Below, one piece after another: positions 8,657 through 18,090 of a stretch of DNA of 46,386 nucleotides; position 1 is the first letter of the stretch, and every line of letters starts with the position of its first letter. The stretch spans positions 53,631-100,016 of the forward strand of contig MHGH01000013.1 of NCBI GenBank assembly GCA_001805465.1, read 5' to 3'. The translations under genes and the position numbers were made by a program. The stretch is from Omnitrophica WOR_2 bacterium RBG_13_41_10. GTDB taxonomy: Bacteria; Omnitrophota; Gorgyraeia; Gygaellales; Profunditerraquicolaceae. The notes under the pieces are model-generated. The model did not search any database. It saw only the letters and a program-made list of their open reading frames with translations, and was not told the DNA's origin.

Positions 8657-10510
8657 TTATAGCGGATCGACATCCACCGTTACTATTATACCTGAATGAC
8701 GCAACTTTTTTAAGCGTATTTTTAAAAACCTGCTTATTTTTTTAGCACCGGAGGCGCTTAGCAATATCTGCCAATAAAAGTTACCCCGCTGTTTTGTGGG
8801 TTGGCCCGGGCTAAAAGAAATAATCCTAATGCCATCTTTTTTGGTTTTAGAAAGCTCTTGGAATAAATCCTGTGTAATTTTTTTTACGCGCTCCTGGATC
8901 TTGCCGCGTAATTTTATCAATGCCATGTTTTTATACGGCGCAAACCCCAGTTGCCTCCTCTGTTTTAATTCTGTATCATAAAATATGCTGACATCTTTAG
9001 CCAATAATGCCTGAAAACAATAGTGCCGAGGAAGCGCTGTTTGAATAATCATCTTTTTTGAAGATAATCTCACCAGGTCAATCAGTAAAGAGAAGGTTTT
9101 TTCTGCCGCGCGCAAATCTATACGGTTTAAAGAATTATCTATCGCCAGGACCCCTACTAAATCAAATCCATACCCGGTTTCTTTTATTACCGATTGGGTG
9201 GATATAAATATATCGGCATCGTTAATATCGGCCTTTTGCCAATTATCCTGCCGCTTGATTATTCCTTTAGGAAAAATACGCGCAATCTCGCTTTCTATTT
9301 TTTCTATGCCTAATCCAGAATAACGCATATAACCGGCATTACAATTAGGGCAAATATCCTGCGGCTGCATTTTAAAATTACAATAATGGCAGCTGAGCAC
9401 ATTTTCCTTAAAATGATAAACCAGGTTTATATTGCAGCGCGGGCATTTCAAAACCATTCCGCACTGACGGCAGGAAATAACGGTTGCATAGCCCCTGCGG
9501 TTTAAAAACAAGAGTATTTTACCTTTTGTATTTAAAGCTGAAAAAATAGCATCCTCTAGAGACTTAGATAAAATCTTATTTTTCTCTTTGGTGCCCCTAT
9601 TGAGATAAGTGGTATCGGCTATCTTAATTTCCGGAAGGTTTTCTCTTTTTTGGGTAAATATATTTTTAATTTTATTTTGTTTAGCCAAAAGCACCATTTC
9701 TAAAGAAGGCAGGCTACTGGCTAAAATAAGCTGGGCGGTCTCTATGCGGCTGCGCATAAAAGCAACTTGACGAGAATGGTAATGCGGCACCTGATCCTGC
9801 TTATAGACGCTATTTTGTTCTTCATCAACAATAATCAGGCCTAAGTTTTCTACTGGAGCAAAAATACTGGAACGGCTGCCTACTACGATTTTAACTTTAC
9901 CTTCTAGAATCTTTAACCACTCCTTGAGTTCGCCGGGTTGGTTTCTGTATAAAACTATTAATTCTGACCCCATATGTGCCATACGACCTTGTATTATTTC
10001 TTTGGCTTTAAAAACCGTTTCTCTATCCGGTAATATAACTATCGCTGATTTATCCTGGCTTAATACATTTTTTATTGCTTCTAGATAAATACCCCATCTT
10101 TCTTTTGTCCCTGAATCGTGTATTAGAATAGGTTCTATCAGTTTGCCTTTTAGCCTATTTTTTTCTGGCTTTTCTATTTGCGTTATTTTTCTTCCTTTAC
10201 GTATTGCTAATGGCAGCGCCGTCTCAATAGCCTCACCCCAGGAACAACAGTAATAATCCGATAATTCTTTAGTCAACAGCAGCATATTTTTATTTATTAG
10301 GGGCGGATTATCTAAAAGTTCTAAGATGGGTTTTAAATTCTTAATATTAGTAGTGTGGCTTAATCCTACAACATACCCCATTAATCTTCTGTTACCAAAG
10401 GAAACCCAGACCCTGGCTCCTACCTTTATTTGTTTTTGCAAGGCCTCTGGCACAATATAATCAAATGGGCCTGCCACAGGAAGCCCTAATACTATTTTAG
10501 CGTATAACAT
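8657..10510 (-). CDS. priA: Primosomal protein N' (PriA) with divergent helicase motifs
   Basis: The N-terminus YAKIVLGLPVAGPFDYIVP and the Cys-rich Zn region CRQCGMVLKCPRCNINLVYH...CHYCNFK...CPNCN are typical of PriA. The Walker A position reads HDSGTKERW and Walker B reads DEEQ. Confidence 0.85.
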   Translation of the reverse strand: MLYAKIVLGLPVAGPFDYIVPEALQKQIKVGARVWVSFGNRRLMGYVVGLSHTTNIKNLKPILELLDNPPLINKNMLLLTKELSDYYCCSWGEAIETALPLAIRKGRKITQIEKPEKNRLKGKLIEPILIHDSGTKERWGIYLEAIKNVLSQDKSAIVILPDRETVFKAKEIIQGRMAHMGSELIVLYRNQPGELKEWLKILEGKVKIVVGSRSSIFAPVENLGLIIVDEEQNSVYKQDQVPHYHSRQVAFMRSRIETAQLILASSLPSLEMVLLAKQNKIKNIFTQKRENLPEIKIADTTYLNRGTKEKNKILSKSLEDAIFSALNTKGKILLFLNRRGYATVISCRQCGMVLKCPRCNINLVYHFKENVLSCHYCNFKMQPQDICPNCNAGYMRYSGLGIEKIESEIARIFPKGIIKRQDNWQKADINDADIFISTQSVIKETGYGFDLVGVLAIDNSLNRIDLRAAEKTFSLLIDLVRLSSKKMIIQTALPRHYCFQALLAKDVSIFYDTELKQRRQLGFAPYKNMALIKLRGKIQERVKKITQDLFQELSKTKKDGIRIISFSPGQPTKQRGNFYWQILLSASGAKKISRFLKIRLKKLRHSGIIVTVDVDPL

Positions 10511-11585
10511 TATAAAGGTCCTTTACTGCATTGGGCTTCTTGATTTTTCTGATGCTTTCTTTGGTGGCTTGTATTTTAGAGGGGTTATTTTTAAACTCTA
10601 ATATTGTATTTTTAATATCCTCTGCATTCTCTAGGCAGGTACCTACGTTATATGAAGACAAAAATTTAATATTCTCGGTTTCCTGCCCTGCAATCGCAGT
10701 TACAAAAATTAGCGGTAATTCCATAGACAAACTTTCCGAAATAGTCAGGCCCCCGGGTTTGGCAATAATGATATCGGAAATTGCCATGAGCTCTTCTATA
10801 TTATTTACAAATCCAAAAATAAAAAGCGAGGCATAGTTACGCTGCTTTAACCTTTGATACAAGCTTTTATTATGGGCGCAAACTACTATGATCTGGACAT
10901 CTTTATATGCTAGATCCACGATCTCTTCAATCGGACCCATCCCAAAAGAGCCGGTAGTAATTAATACGGTAAATTTATCCGGCTGCATACCAAATTTCCT
11001 ACAAAGGTTGAGCTTATCGTATACTAGAGAAAACTTGGTATCTATGGGGATACCTACGACTTTAATACGTTGGTCTTCTATGCCTTCAAAAAGCAATTTT
11101 TCTTTGGTGTAATCCGAAGCTACCGCATATGTGTCTATACCTACGGATATCCAAAAAGGATGCACTCCAAAATCAGTAATTACTGCGATTATCTTAGAGG
11201 TTATTTTTTTTGATTTTTTAAGGAAGTTAGCTACGTTAGGTGGAGAAAAATGCGTACAGATTATATAATCAGGATTTTCCTTAATAAGAAGCCTGCGAAA
11301 TCTTGGCGTATTAACAATGTCTAAGACAGCGGCTAGCCACTTACTAAACTTACGGAATCTTACTGAATAGGTAAAGTAAAAAGATATTGACCAAACCCAG
11401 GGGAGATAATTTACCAGAAATGAGTAACCATGAGTATAGGCATACTTAAAGAAGGGATTGGAGTCTTTTAATATGTCTACCAGCTTGATTTCTAGGTTGC
11501 CTTGGGATTTAAAATAATTATATATTGCCTGCGCTGCCTTGGTATGCCCGCCGCCGGCTGAAGCATATGCAATGATTATCTTCAT
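10497..11585 (-). CDS. GT28 glycolipid synthase (MGDG synthase / UgtP-like diacylglycerol glycosyltransferase)
   Basis: The N-terminal IIAYASAGGGHTKAAQAI motif and the C-terminal KPGGLTISESL motif match the MGDG_synth plus Glyco_tran_28_C architecture. Confidence 0.7.
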   Translation of the reverse strand: MKIIIAYASAGGGHTKAAQAIYNYFKSQGNLEIKLVDILKDSNPFFKYAYTHGYSFLVNYLPWVWSISFYFTYSVRFRKFSKWLAAVLDIVNTPRFRRLLIKENPDYIICTHFSPPNVANFLKKSKKITSKIIAVITDFGVHPFWISVGIDTYAVASDYTKEKLLFEGIEDQRIKVVGIPIDTKFSLVYDKLNLCRKFGMQPDKFTVLITTGSFGMGPIEEIVDLAYKDVQIIVVCAHNKSLYQRLKQRNYASLFIFGFVNNIEELMAISDIIIAKPGGLTISESLSMELPLIFVTAIAGQETENIKFLSSYNVGTCLENAEDIKNTILEFKNNPSKIQATKESIRKIKKPNAVKDLYNVIR

Positions 11586-11594
11586 AGGGTTTAA

Positions 11595-12155
11595 CTATTT
11601 AAGAATTAAATCTACAGCTTTTTCTAAATTGGGACTAGTAAAATCAGGTAGGACCGGCCAATTCTTTTTATTTTCCGGCTTTTCTTTTCCGCTAAAAACC
11701 AAGATTGTCTTTAGGCCGCTGGATTTGCCTGTTTCTATGTCTTTTATCGTATCGCCGATAAAGAAACTTCTAGATAAATCAATATCGTAAGATTTGTTCT
11801 TTAGGCTTTCTAAGGCCATCTCTATCAAGCCGATTTTGGGCTTACGACAGGAGCAATTATCTTCTTGCCTGTGTATGCAGTAATAGACGCCAGAAACCTC
11901 TATACCGTGCTTTGAAAAATCATTAAGCATGTTTTGGGTAATTTTATCAAGATTTTCCTGGGAATATATGCCTTTGGAGACTCCGGCTTGGTTAGAGATA
12001 ATAAAAATTTTAAAACCATTATCAACTAAATTTTTAAGGGCGCTTTGCACTCCCGGAAGAAATCGAAACTCTTCCCAGGATTTTACGTATTGATAGTCAC
12101 CGGGGTATTGATTTATTACGCCGTCTCTATCTAAAAAAACTGCCTTTACTTTCAT
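11595..12155 (-). CDS. gmhB: D-glycero-D-manno-heptose 1,7-bisphosphate phosphatase (HAD-IIIA)
   Basis: FLDRDGVIN, ISNQAGV, the Zn motif CIHRQEDNCSCRKP and FFIGDTIKD. Confidence 0.8.
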   Translation of the reverse strand: MKVKAVFLDRDGVINQYPGDYQYVKSWEEFRFLPGVQSALKNLVDNGFKIFIISNQAGVSKGIYSQENLDKITQNMLNDFSKHGIEVSGVYYCIHRQEDNCSCRKPKIGLIEMALESLKNKSYDIDLSRSFFIGDTIKDIETGKSSGLKTILVFSGKEKPENKKNWPVLPDFTSPNLEKAVDLILK

Positions 12156-12158
12156 ATA

Positions 12159-14558
12159 TCAAACAAAATAGTTCTTATTTTCCTTGACCCATTCAGTAAG
12201 CTTTCTAATCCCTTCTTTTACGGGAGTTTTAATTTTCCAACCCAGGGCTTTTTCTAACTTCGTAATGTCGGTAATATAAACCTTCTGGTCAGAAGGCCGC
12301 CAATCGGAAAAATTTACCTTTGGCCTTTTACCGGTTAGCAGCTTGAGCTCATCTAAAAATTCTAACAGCGAAATAGTATTGCCGGGGCCGCCTCCGATAT
12401 TAAAAAGCCCCCGCTTTAAATCGCTTTTTATAAAACGATTGAATGCATCCACTAAATCATCGGCATAAAGCATATCGCGCACCTGTTTGCCATTGCCATA
12501 AATAGTAATGGGTTTATTGAATAGTGTGGCAATAATAAACCAGGCCACCCAGCCCTGGTCTTCAAAGCCAAACTGGCGCGTACCGTAAGTACAATTATGC
12601 ACTAGAAAGCCATTTGCAAAGAAATTATGCTGATTGGGAACTGTAATATCATAAATATCGGACATGGGGGTTTTCTTTTTTTCTATTATCCTATCCCATA
12701 GCAATCCGTTGCCGTTAAGTAGGTAGGTATTTTCTTTTAACCACTCATCATAACAACTGTAAGGCAAGCCGGTTTTTAAGAACTCTGCAATATTAAAAAG
12801 GGTTGATTTTCGTTTTTCATTAAACGCGAAACCTATCTTTGCGAAATTTAATATGTTCTGTTTCGATGCATTGATTATAAGATCAAAACAGATTGATTGT
12901 TGCCCATCTTTCTTGCTAAAGAAATTAGCCTTTGTCGTATAAACCTTTGTCTTAATTCCTCTCTTTTTCAACATAGATACAATTTGTTTTCTAAAACGAG
13001 TAAGGCTTTTATGCAATTTTATTGTTTTTGACTGCGTAAAATGGGGTGGTTGTAAATCTAAACCATTCCCGCCCTTTCTTCTATAAAAGTTAGGCGCGCT
13101 CATTTCTGCGCCAAAAAGACCAGATAAATATTCATCCTGCACATCATCTTGCGCTTCTAGTATCCATTTGGGCACTTGGAATTTCACCCTACTTTTATTG
13201 CCAACAGGCACACCAAGTAATTCAAAGAAAGCAAAGGCTTCTGTTTTAGTAATTGAGAATCTATAGCTTGTACCGCTTATAATTTGTCCACTTGAAAGCA
13301 TAGAAACTGATGAGGAACATCTTGTTTTACCGACTCCAAAACCAAGCTTCCTGAAGCTTTCTTTAATATTTTCAATTTCGTCTTTAAGAGCATATACCTG
13401 TATTTCAGTATAAGACTTGCCATTAGGCTTAATCCTGTGGTACATATGTGCATCTCCTGTCAGATATCCGACTAAGCGCGATATTAAATATATGTTTTTA
13501 TTCCTAAGAGAAAGTGGCAATAGCTCTTTTGCTTCCAAATTTTTTATATAAATTAAATTATTAGCGGACATCCTGCCATATTTTTTAATGTGCGCTGCGT
13601 ATTTTTCTTTTGAGAATATAATTTTATTTGGCAGGAAACTAGTATATTTTCTTTTTACAAAGAAAAACTCAGGGCATGTGGCAACCAAGCTTCCATAATC
13701 TATATTTTCTAAACTTTTGTAACCCGACGGAGTAAAAAAGGGATGGTCTCCTGTGGCCTCTATTCGATATCCTCGCTTAGTCCTAATGCTATATAAGGTT
13801 TTCCCTCGGTTTGCCGTTTTAAAAGCTCCGCTCGTAGATTTGGTATCGATACTATTGCCTAAACAATATACCTGCGCCTTCCTTCCGTTTATTTGACTAA
13901 TCTTTATTGAACCTTGAGGAGTAGCAACTTCTGTATTCTTTGATAGACAACTCATGCGGAATACTGCGGTTTTCATTTTATAAATATGGCTATATTCTTG
14001 AACATATAGATCACCCACCAGCTTACTGACTCCGTATGGGGTATGCCCGGTTAAATCTGTGCACATATCTTCAGATACGCCCTTGGTGCCGCCAAAAATA
14101 TATCTTTTTCCTTGCTCTAAAAGAGGAATTTTATCTACGTTCTCTCCGTAAACTTTATTAGTTGAGCAGTAAATAACAATGGTGTCTTTAGATTTTTTGC
14201 GCGTTGCCTCTAAAACATTTAAGGTACCGAAAGCATTAATACTAAAGTCTTCCTTAGGCATACGTACGCTTGAAGGCACACCCGGCTGACCGGCAGTATG
14301 TATCAAAACATCTACCCCTTTTCCGATTGCCTTAGCAACATCTTTATCATTACGCACATCACCCTTAATACGCTCTATATTTTTAAACTTTTTTAGATAA
14401 TTCCAGTTAAACTCTACCGAGTCTTTATCATACCCAAAAATCTTTGAGCGCATCAGGTTATCTAAAACAATAACTTTATTCTTAAGGCTATCCAAGGCAA
14501 AAAACTCGGCGCAATGCGAACCCACTAAGCCTGCTCCTCCGGTAATAAGTATTTTCAT
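12159..14558 (-). CDS. NAD-dependent sugar-nucleotide epimerase (CDP-paratose 2-epimerase-like SDR) interrupted by an intein
   Basis: The N-extein (aa 1-203) has ILITGGAGLVGSH and the catalytic YGVSKLVGD. The C-extein (aa 656-799) begins CTYGTRQFGFEDQGWVAWF...GNGKQVRDMLY. Joined, the 347 aa match the RfbE-type epimerase layout (FRxS-xYGxRQF..DQGWV.WF). Confidence 0.9.
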   Translation of the reverse strand: MKILITGGAGLVGSHCAEFFALDSLKNKVIVLDNLMRSKIFGYDKDSVEFNWNYLKKFKNIERIKGDVRNDKDVAKAIGKGVDVLIHTAGQPGVPSSVRMPKEDFSINAFGTLNVLEATRKKSKDTIVIYCSTNKVYGENVDKIPLLEQGKRYIFGGTKGVSEDMCTDLTGHTPYGVSKLVGDLYVQEYSHIYKMKTAVFRMSCLSKNTEVATPQGSIKISQINGRKAQVYCLGNSIDTKSTSGAFKTANRGKTLYSIRTKRGYRIEATGDHPFFTPSGYKSLENIDYGSLVATCPEFFFVKRKYTSFLPNKIIFSKEKYAAHIKKYGRMSANNLIYIKNLEAKELLPLSLRNKNIYLISRLVGYLTGDAHMYHRIKPNGKSYTEIQVYALKDEIENIKESFRKLGFGVGKTRCSSSVSMLSSGQIISGTSYRFSITKTEAFAFFELLGVPVGNKSRVKFQVPKWILEAQDDVQDEYLSGLFGAEMSAPNFYRRKGGNGLDLQPPHFTQSKTIKLHKSLTRFRKQIVSMLKKRGIKTKVYTTKANFFSKKDGQQSICFDLIINASKQNILNFAKIGFAFNEKRKSTLFNIAEFLKTGLPYSCYDEWLKENTYLLNGNGLLWDRIIEKKKTPMSDIYDITVPNQHNFFANGFLVHNCTYGTRQFGFEDQGWVAWFIIATLFNKPITIYGNGKQVRDMLYADDLVDAFNRFIKSDLKRGLFNIGGGPGNTISLLEFLDELKLLTGKRPKVNFSDWRPSDQKVYITDITKLEKALGWKIKTPVKEGIRKLTEWVKENKNYFV
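12594..13949 (-). mobile_element. Class 1 intein (452 aa) carrying a LAGLIDADG homing endonuclease domain
   Basis: Block A is CLSKNTEV (Cys1 codon at 13949..13947). Block B is IEATGDHPFF (TxxH). The two LAGLIDADG-like motifs are LVGYLTGDAHM and YLSGLFGAEMS. Blocks F/G are NFFANGFLVHN followed by the +1 Cys (codon 12593..12591). Confidence 0.9.
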
Positions 14559-14577
14559 AACTATTCCTTTCTATGGT

Positions 14578-15354
14578 TTACTTGGGTTTTCTAAACAAAT
14601 TATAAAACCCGGAAAGTTTAGCCCACATAACTATCGGATTATCCGAATCTTCTCCCATTTTTATCCTTCTTATTTCAAAAAGATTAGTTTTATTAATAGG
14701 CCCTGCCTTGTTACTGACACAAGCTCCCATATATCCTGTTTCTTTAACGAGTTCCATGATCCGGGGATTACGCCCGCCAGCAGGATAACAAAATAAAGCT
14801 ACTTTACTACCGAGTTTTTTCTCTAAATCCCTTTTGGAATAAAAAATCTCTCTGATTAATTCTTCCTCACTTGCCTGGGGTAAATAAAAATGCGTCCGGG
14901 TGTGACTAGCGACATCAATGCCATATTTCTGCATTTCTTTTAACTCGTCCAAAGTAAGGTATCCAGGTATTCCTATATAACTGGAAATCATAAAAATAGT
15001 GGCAGGAAAAGCGTATCTTTTTATAATAGGAAAAGCATTTATATATATATCTTCTGCCCCATCGTCAAAGCTAATGGCTATAGTTTTTCTAAGGATGGGT
15101 TTATTTTTAGAAAGGGCTTCTACTATATCTTCTAAAGGTATTACTTTATAATGATGGCGGGCTATAAAATCCATCTGTTTCTTAAAACTTTGCGGGCTGA
15201 CATTTAACAAGGGCGAACCGCTATAAGTAGTGCCTACATGATGGTACATTAAAACCGGCACCTCATAGAAAAAGAACCAGATAATAATAACGTAACTAAG
15301 GCAGATTGCCATAACAGTCAAAAATAAAGCCTTAATTATTTTGCCTTTTTTCAT
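14578..15354 (-). CDS. Polysaccharide deacetylase (CE4/NodB homology) with an N-terminal TM anchor
   Basis: The NodB motifs ISFDDGAEDIY and ASHTRTH, plus FCYPAGG. Confidence 0.8.
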   Translation of the reverse strand: MKKGKIIKALFLTVMAICLSYVIIIWFFFYEVPVLMYHHVGTTYSGSPLLNVSPQSFKKQMDFIARHHYKVIPLEDIVEALSKNKPILRKTIAISFDDGAEDIYINAFPIIKRYAFPATIFMISSYIGIPGYLTLDELKEMQKYGIDVASHTRTHFYLPQASEEELIREIFYSKRDLEKKLGSKVALFCYPAGGRNPRIMELVKETGYMGACVSNKAGPINKTNLFEIRRIKMGEDSDNPIVMWAKLSGFYNLFRKPK

Positions 15355-15358
15355 AAGA

Positions 15359-16123
15359 TTATCTGCCTTTTTTCTTTTTTAACTCCCAATATTTAGTGTA
15401 ACTCATCAACTGATACAAACTATCAAAAAAAGCAATCATAAAACCGATAAATCCGTCTTTATGGGCCTTTTTATAGAAATACCTTCTAAAAAAGCGGTCT
15501 ATCGTCCTCCAAATGGCCTTGCCAAAAGACATCTTTCGCCCGGTCGCAAGCCACTTCTCTGCTTCCCAGCTGGTCTGACGGTTTAACTTTGCTAAAAAGT
15601 CAGAGAAATTCTCCCAAGAATAATGGATTAAGTCTTTTTGTAGGTGCCCACATTTCCCTTCTAAAAATGCCCTAGGGTGAACATTGACCTCTTCGTATTT
15701 AAACTTGTCCTTTTTAAACAACCGTAGTTGCGCGGCAGGATATTCTCCGCCGTATCTTACCCAATAGTCACCTAAATAATTACGCCTGGGAATAGTAAAA
15801 GCATCAAACCCCGGTTCTTTCTTAAATAACCCAATAATCTCTTCCTTTAATTCAGGAGTCACCCTTTCATCGGCATCTAAACTCAAAACCCATGTATTTC
15901 GGCTTAAAGAATAAGCAAAATTTCGGTGTCTACCTTCTATATCCATTTTTCTTTTAATAATTTTATCCGCGTATTTTTTAGCGATCTCACAAGTATTGTC
16001 AGAGCTTTCGTCATCCACCACGATTATCTCATCCACCCACCCTGAGGCACTTAACAGGCAATCCTGGATATTTTTTTCTTCATTTTTAGTAATGACGACA
16101 ACTGAAAGGGGGGTTTTATACAT
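15359..16123 (-). CDS. Glycosyltransferase family 2 (WaaE/KdtX-like)
   Basis: LSVVVITKNEE, IIVVDDESSDNT and the SLDADE (DxD-type) motif. Confidence 0.8.
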   Translation of the reverse strand: MYKTPLSVVVITKNEEKNIQDCLLSASGWVDEIIVVDDESSDNTCEIAKKYADKIIKRKMDIEGRHRNFAYSLSRNTWVLSLDADERVTPELKEEIIGLFKKEPGFDAFTIPRRNYLGDYWVRYGGEYPAAQLRLFKKDKFKYEEVNVHPRAFLEGKCGHLQKDLIHYSWENFSDFLAKLNRQTSWEAEKWLATGRKMSFGKAIWRTIDRFFRRYFYKKAHKDGFIGFMIAFFDSLYQLMSYTKYWELKKKKGR

Positions 16124-16126
16124 ATA

Positions 16127-17359
16127 TTATAATTTTTTCTTAATTAGTATATTTTTACTGAATTTTATTTTAACCAACGCACTAAATAAAAATAATGCAC
16201 CTAAGGTTACTACAGAGCATGACTCAAACAAATCCTGTAATTTATTACCTACCAAAGATTCGCTACCCCAGGAACATAAAATAAAAGAAATCAACACAAG
16301 AAAAACAATCGCCTTATCTTTAAATTTGGACATTATTAAATAATATATAATTACCATGTAAGGGAAAAATACTGATACAAAGTTATGCATCCAAGCATTG
16401 GGATTAAATAATGCTATGCAAATAAAAAGCATTCCGTAATCTATGCAATTATAGAATTGATTTAATTGTGGCATTAGCATTTTTCTATTAGCAGGAAAAA
16501 TAATAAAAAGGTACAATATAATACAAAAGATTGCGGCTATTAATAATGTTGTATCGATACTGAGCTTCGCAACCTGTATACAGTATGGGCTATCCTTTGA
16601 TAATACTCTAGCTGCCATAGACCAGAGAGATTGATTTTTATAATCTAAAAATGAAATTTTATCGAAAGAGGTTGCTGAAATAAAAGGTAACCATTTATTA
16701 AGATAAAGCGAATTTCTTTCTATGCCTATAAATAAAATAGGCAATAAGCAATAAAACAAAATTAAAATAATAATAAATGTCAGGAGCCTATACTTCTTTT
16801 TTAAGAAAAAATAAGGAAGAAATAAGGCTGACGTGTATTTTATCATTACAGATCCACTTATAAAAAATGAGCCAGTCAATTCATGTCTTTTAGATATAAA
16901 ATACAGCCCGAAAATCACTAATGTAAGCATAAGTATACTTGCTTGCCCAGAAACAAGGCTATACACGAAGAATCTAAAATTAAGAATAGCTACCATAAAA
17001 TATGTAAGAAACTTTTGATTAGAATTCAAATCTTTAAAAAATATTAACTTCTTAGATAATTCAAATATAAGAAATATACACAAGATGCTCAAAATAAAAA
17101 ACAAATTTGCTGACGTCCGCTCGCTAAAAATAGCTAATGGCGCCATAAATAAAGCAAATAGTGGGGAGTATTTAAAAGGCGTAATTTCTTCTTTTGAGCG
17201 GGTATATATATCCTGTCCCTGTAAAATTCTCTTACCTGTAGCGTAATAAACACGATAATCGCAAAAGTGCCTTTGTGGGGCGCGGTATTGATAGTGAATA
17301 AATAAACCTAAAAATGTACCAATTAATAGAAAACTAACTATAGTTTTACGCCACATCAT
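16127..17359 (-). CDS. Polytopic membrane glycosyltransferase, GT87/DUF2029-like (GT-C fold)
   Basis: 410 aa with more than 10 TM. The first-loop motif GQDIYT...PFKYSPLFALFMAPL is typical of DUF2029/GT87. It lies immediately downstream of a polyprenyl-phosphate-type GT2. Confidence 0.55.
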   Translation of the reverse strand: MMWRKTIVSFLLIGTFLGLFIHYQYRAPQRHFCDYRVYYATGKRILQGQDIYTRSKEEITPFKYSPLFALFMAPLAIFSERTSANLFFILSILCIFLIFELSKKLIFFKDLNSNQKFLTYFMVAILNFRFFVYSLVSGQASILMLTLVIFGLYFISKRHELTGSFFISGSVMIKYTSALFLPYFFLKKKYRLLTFIIILILFYCLLPILFIGIERNSLYLNKWLPFISATSFDKISFLDYKNQSLWSMAARVLSKDSPYCIQVAKLSIDTTLLIAAIFCIILYLFIIFPANRKMLMPQLNQFYNCIDYGMLFICIALFNPNAWMHNFVSVFFPYMVIIYYLIMSKFKDKAIVFLVLISFILCSWGSESLVGNKLQDLFESCSVVTLGALFLFSALVKIKFSKNILIKKKL

Positions 17360-18083
17360 AAAATTTTCTTAAGTTATTAAATTTGATTTTAAAGAGGTCA
17401 AAAAACATACAGATAGAATCATTAAATATTGCCACTCGTGATTGCAAACAATTTAACCAAATTATCGGAACCTCTTTTATTTTATAACCTAATGACTTTG
17501 CTATATATAGAATCTCAACATCAAAACAAAAACCATTTAGTCTCTGTAGGCTAAATATCTTATGTGCTACCTCCTTTCTAAAACATTTAAAGCCGCACTG
17601 GGTATCCTTTATTCCCTTTATAATAAATAACCTTACCAATAAATTAAAAATCTTTCCCATGTTTTTTCTATACCACGGTTGTTTGAGTAAAATTTGTGAG
17701 TCTTTTAAAGCGCGTGAACCTATGACAATATCGTAACCTTTATTAAAATGTGGAAAGAACTTTTCTATTTCTTCGATAGGTGTAGATAAATCTGCATCGC
17801 TGAATAATACATAATCACCTCGTGACTCCAAAACACCTCTTTTCACACTAAAACCCTTCCCCATATTCTTTCTATTTCTTAAGATCTTGATATTTGAATG
17901 TCCTCTAGATAATGAATCTACCAAATTATATGTGACGTCTGTACTTGCGTCATCAATTATTATTATTTCGTAGAGATAATTATGAATTTCAAAATAATCT
18001 AATGTCTTCTCTAATGTTTTAACTATCCTTACATTTTCATTATAAGCGGGTATGACTACAGAAATATAAATATTATGGTTCAT
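17346..18083 (-). CDS. Glycosyltransferase family 2, polyprenyl/dolichyl-phosphate hexosyltransferase-like (GtrB/DPM1-like)
   Basis: ISVVIPAYNE, IIIDDASTD, FSDADLSTP and DTQCGFKCF motifs. Confidence 0.8.
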   Translation of the reverse strand: MNHNIYISVVIPAYNENVRIVKTLEKTLDYFEIHNYLYEIIIIDDASTDVTYNLVDSLSRGHSNIKILRNRKNMGKGFSVKRGVLESRGDYVLFSDADLSTPIEEIEKFFPHFNKGYDIVIGSRALKDSQILLKQPWYRKNMGKIFNLLVRLFIIKGIKDTQCGFKCFRKEVAHKIFSLQRLNGFCFDVEILYIAKSLGYKIKEVPIIWLNCLQSRVAIFNDSICMFFDLFKIKFNNLRKFYDVA

Positions 18084-18090
18084 TTATATC

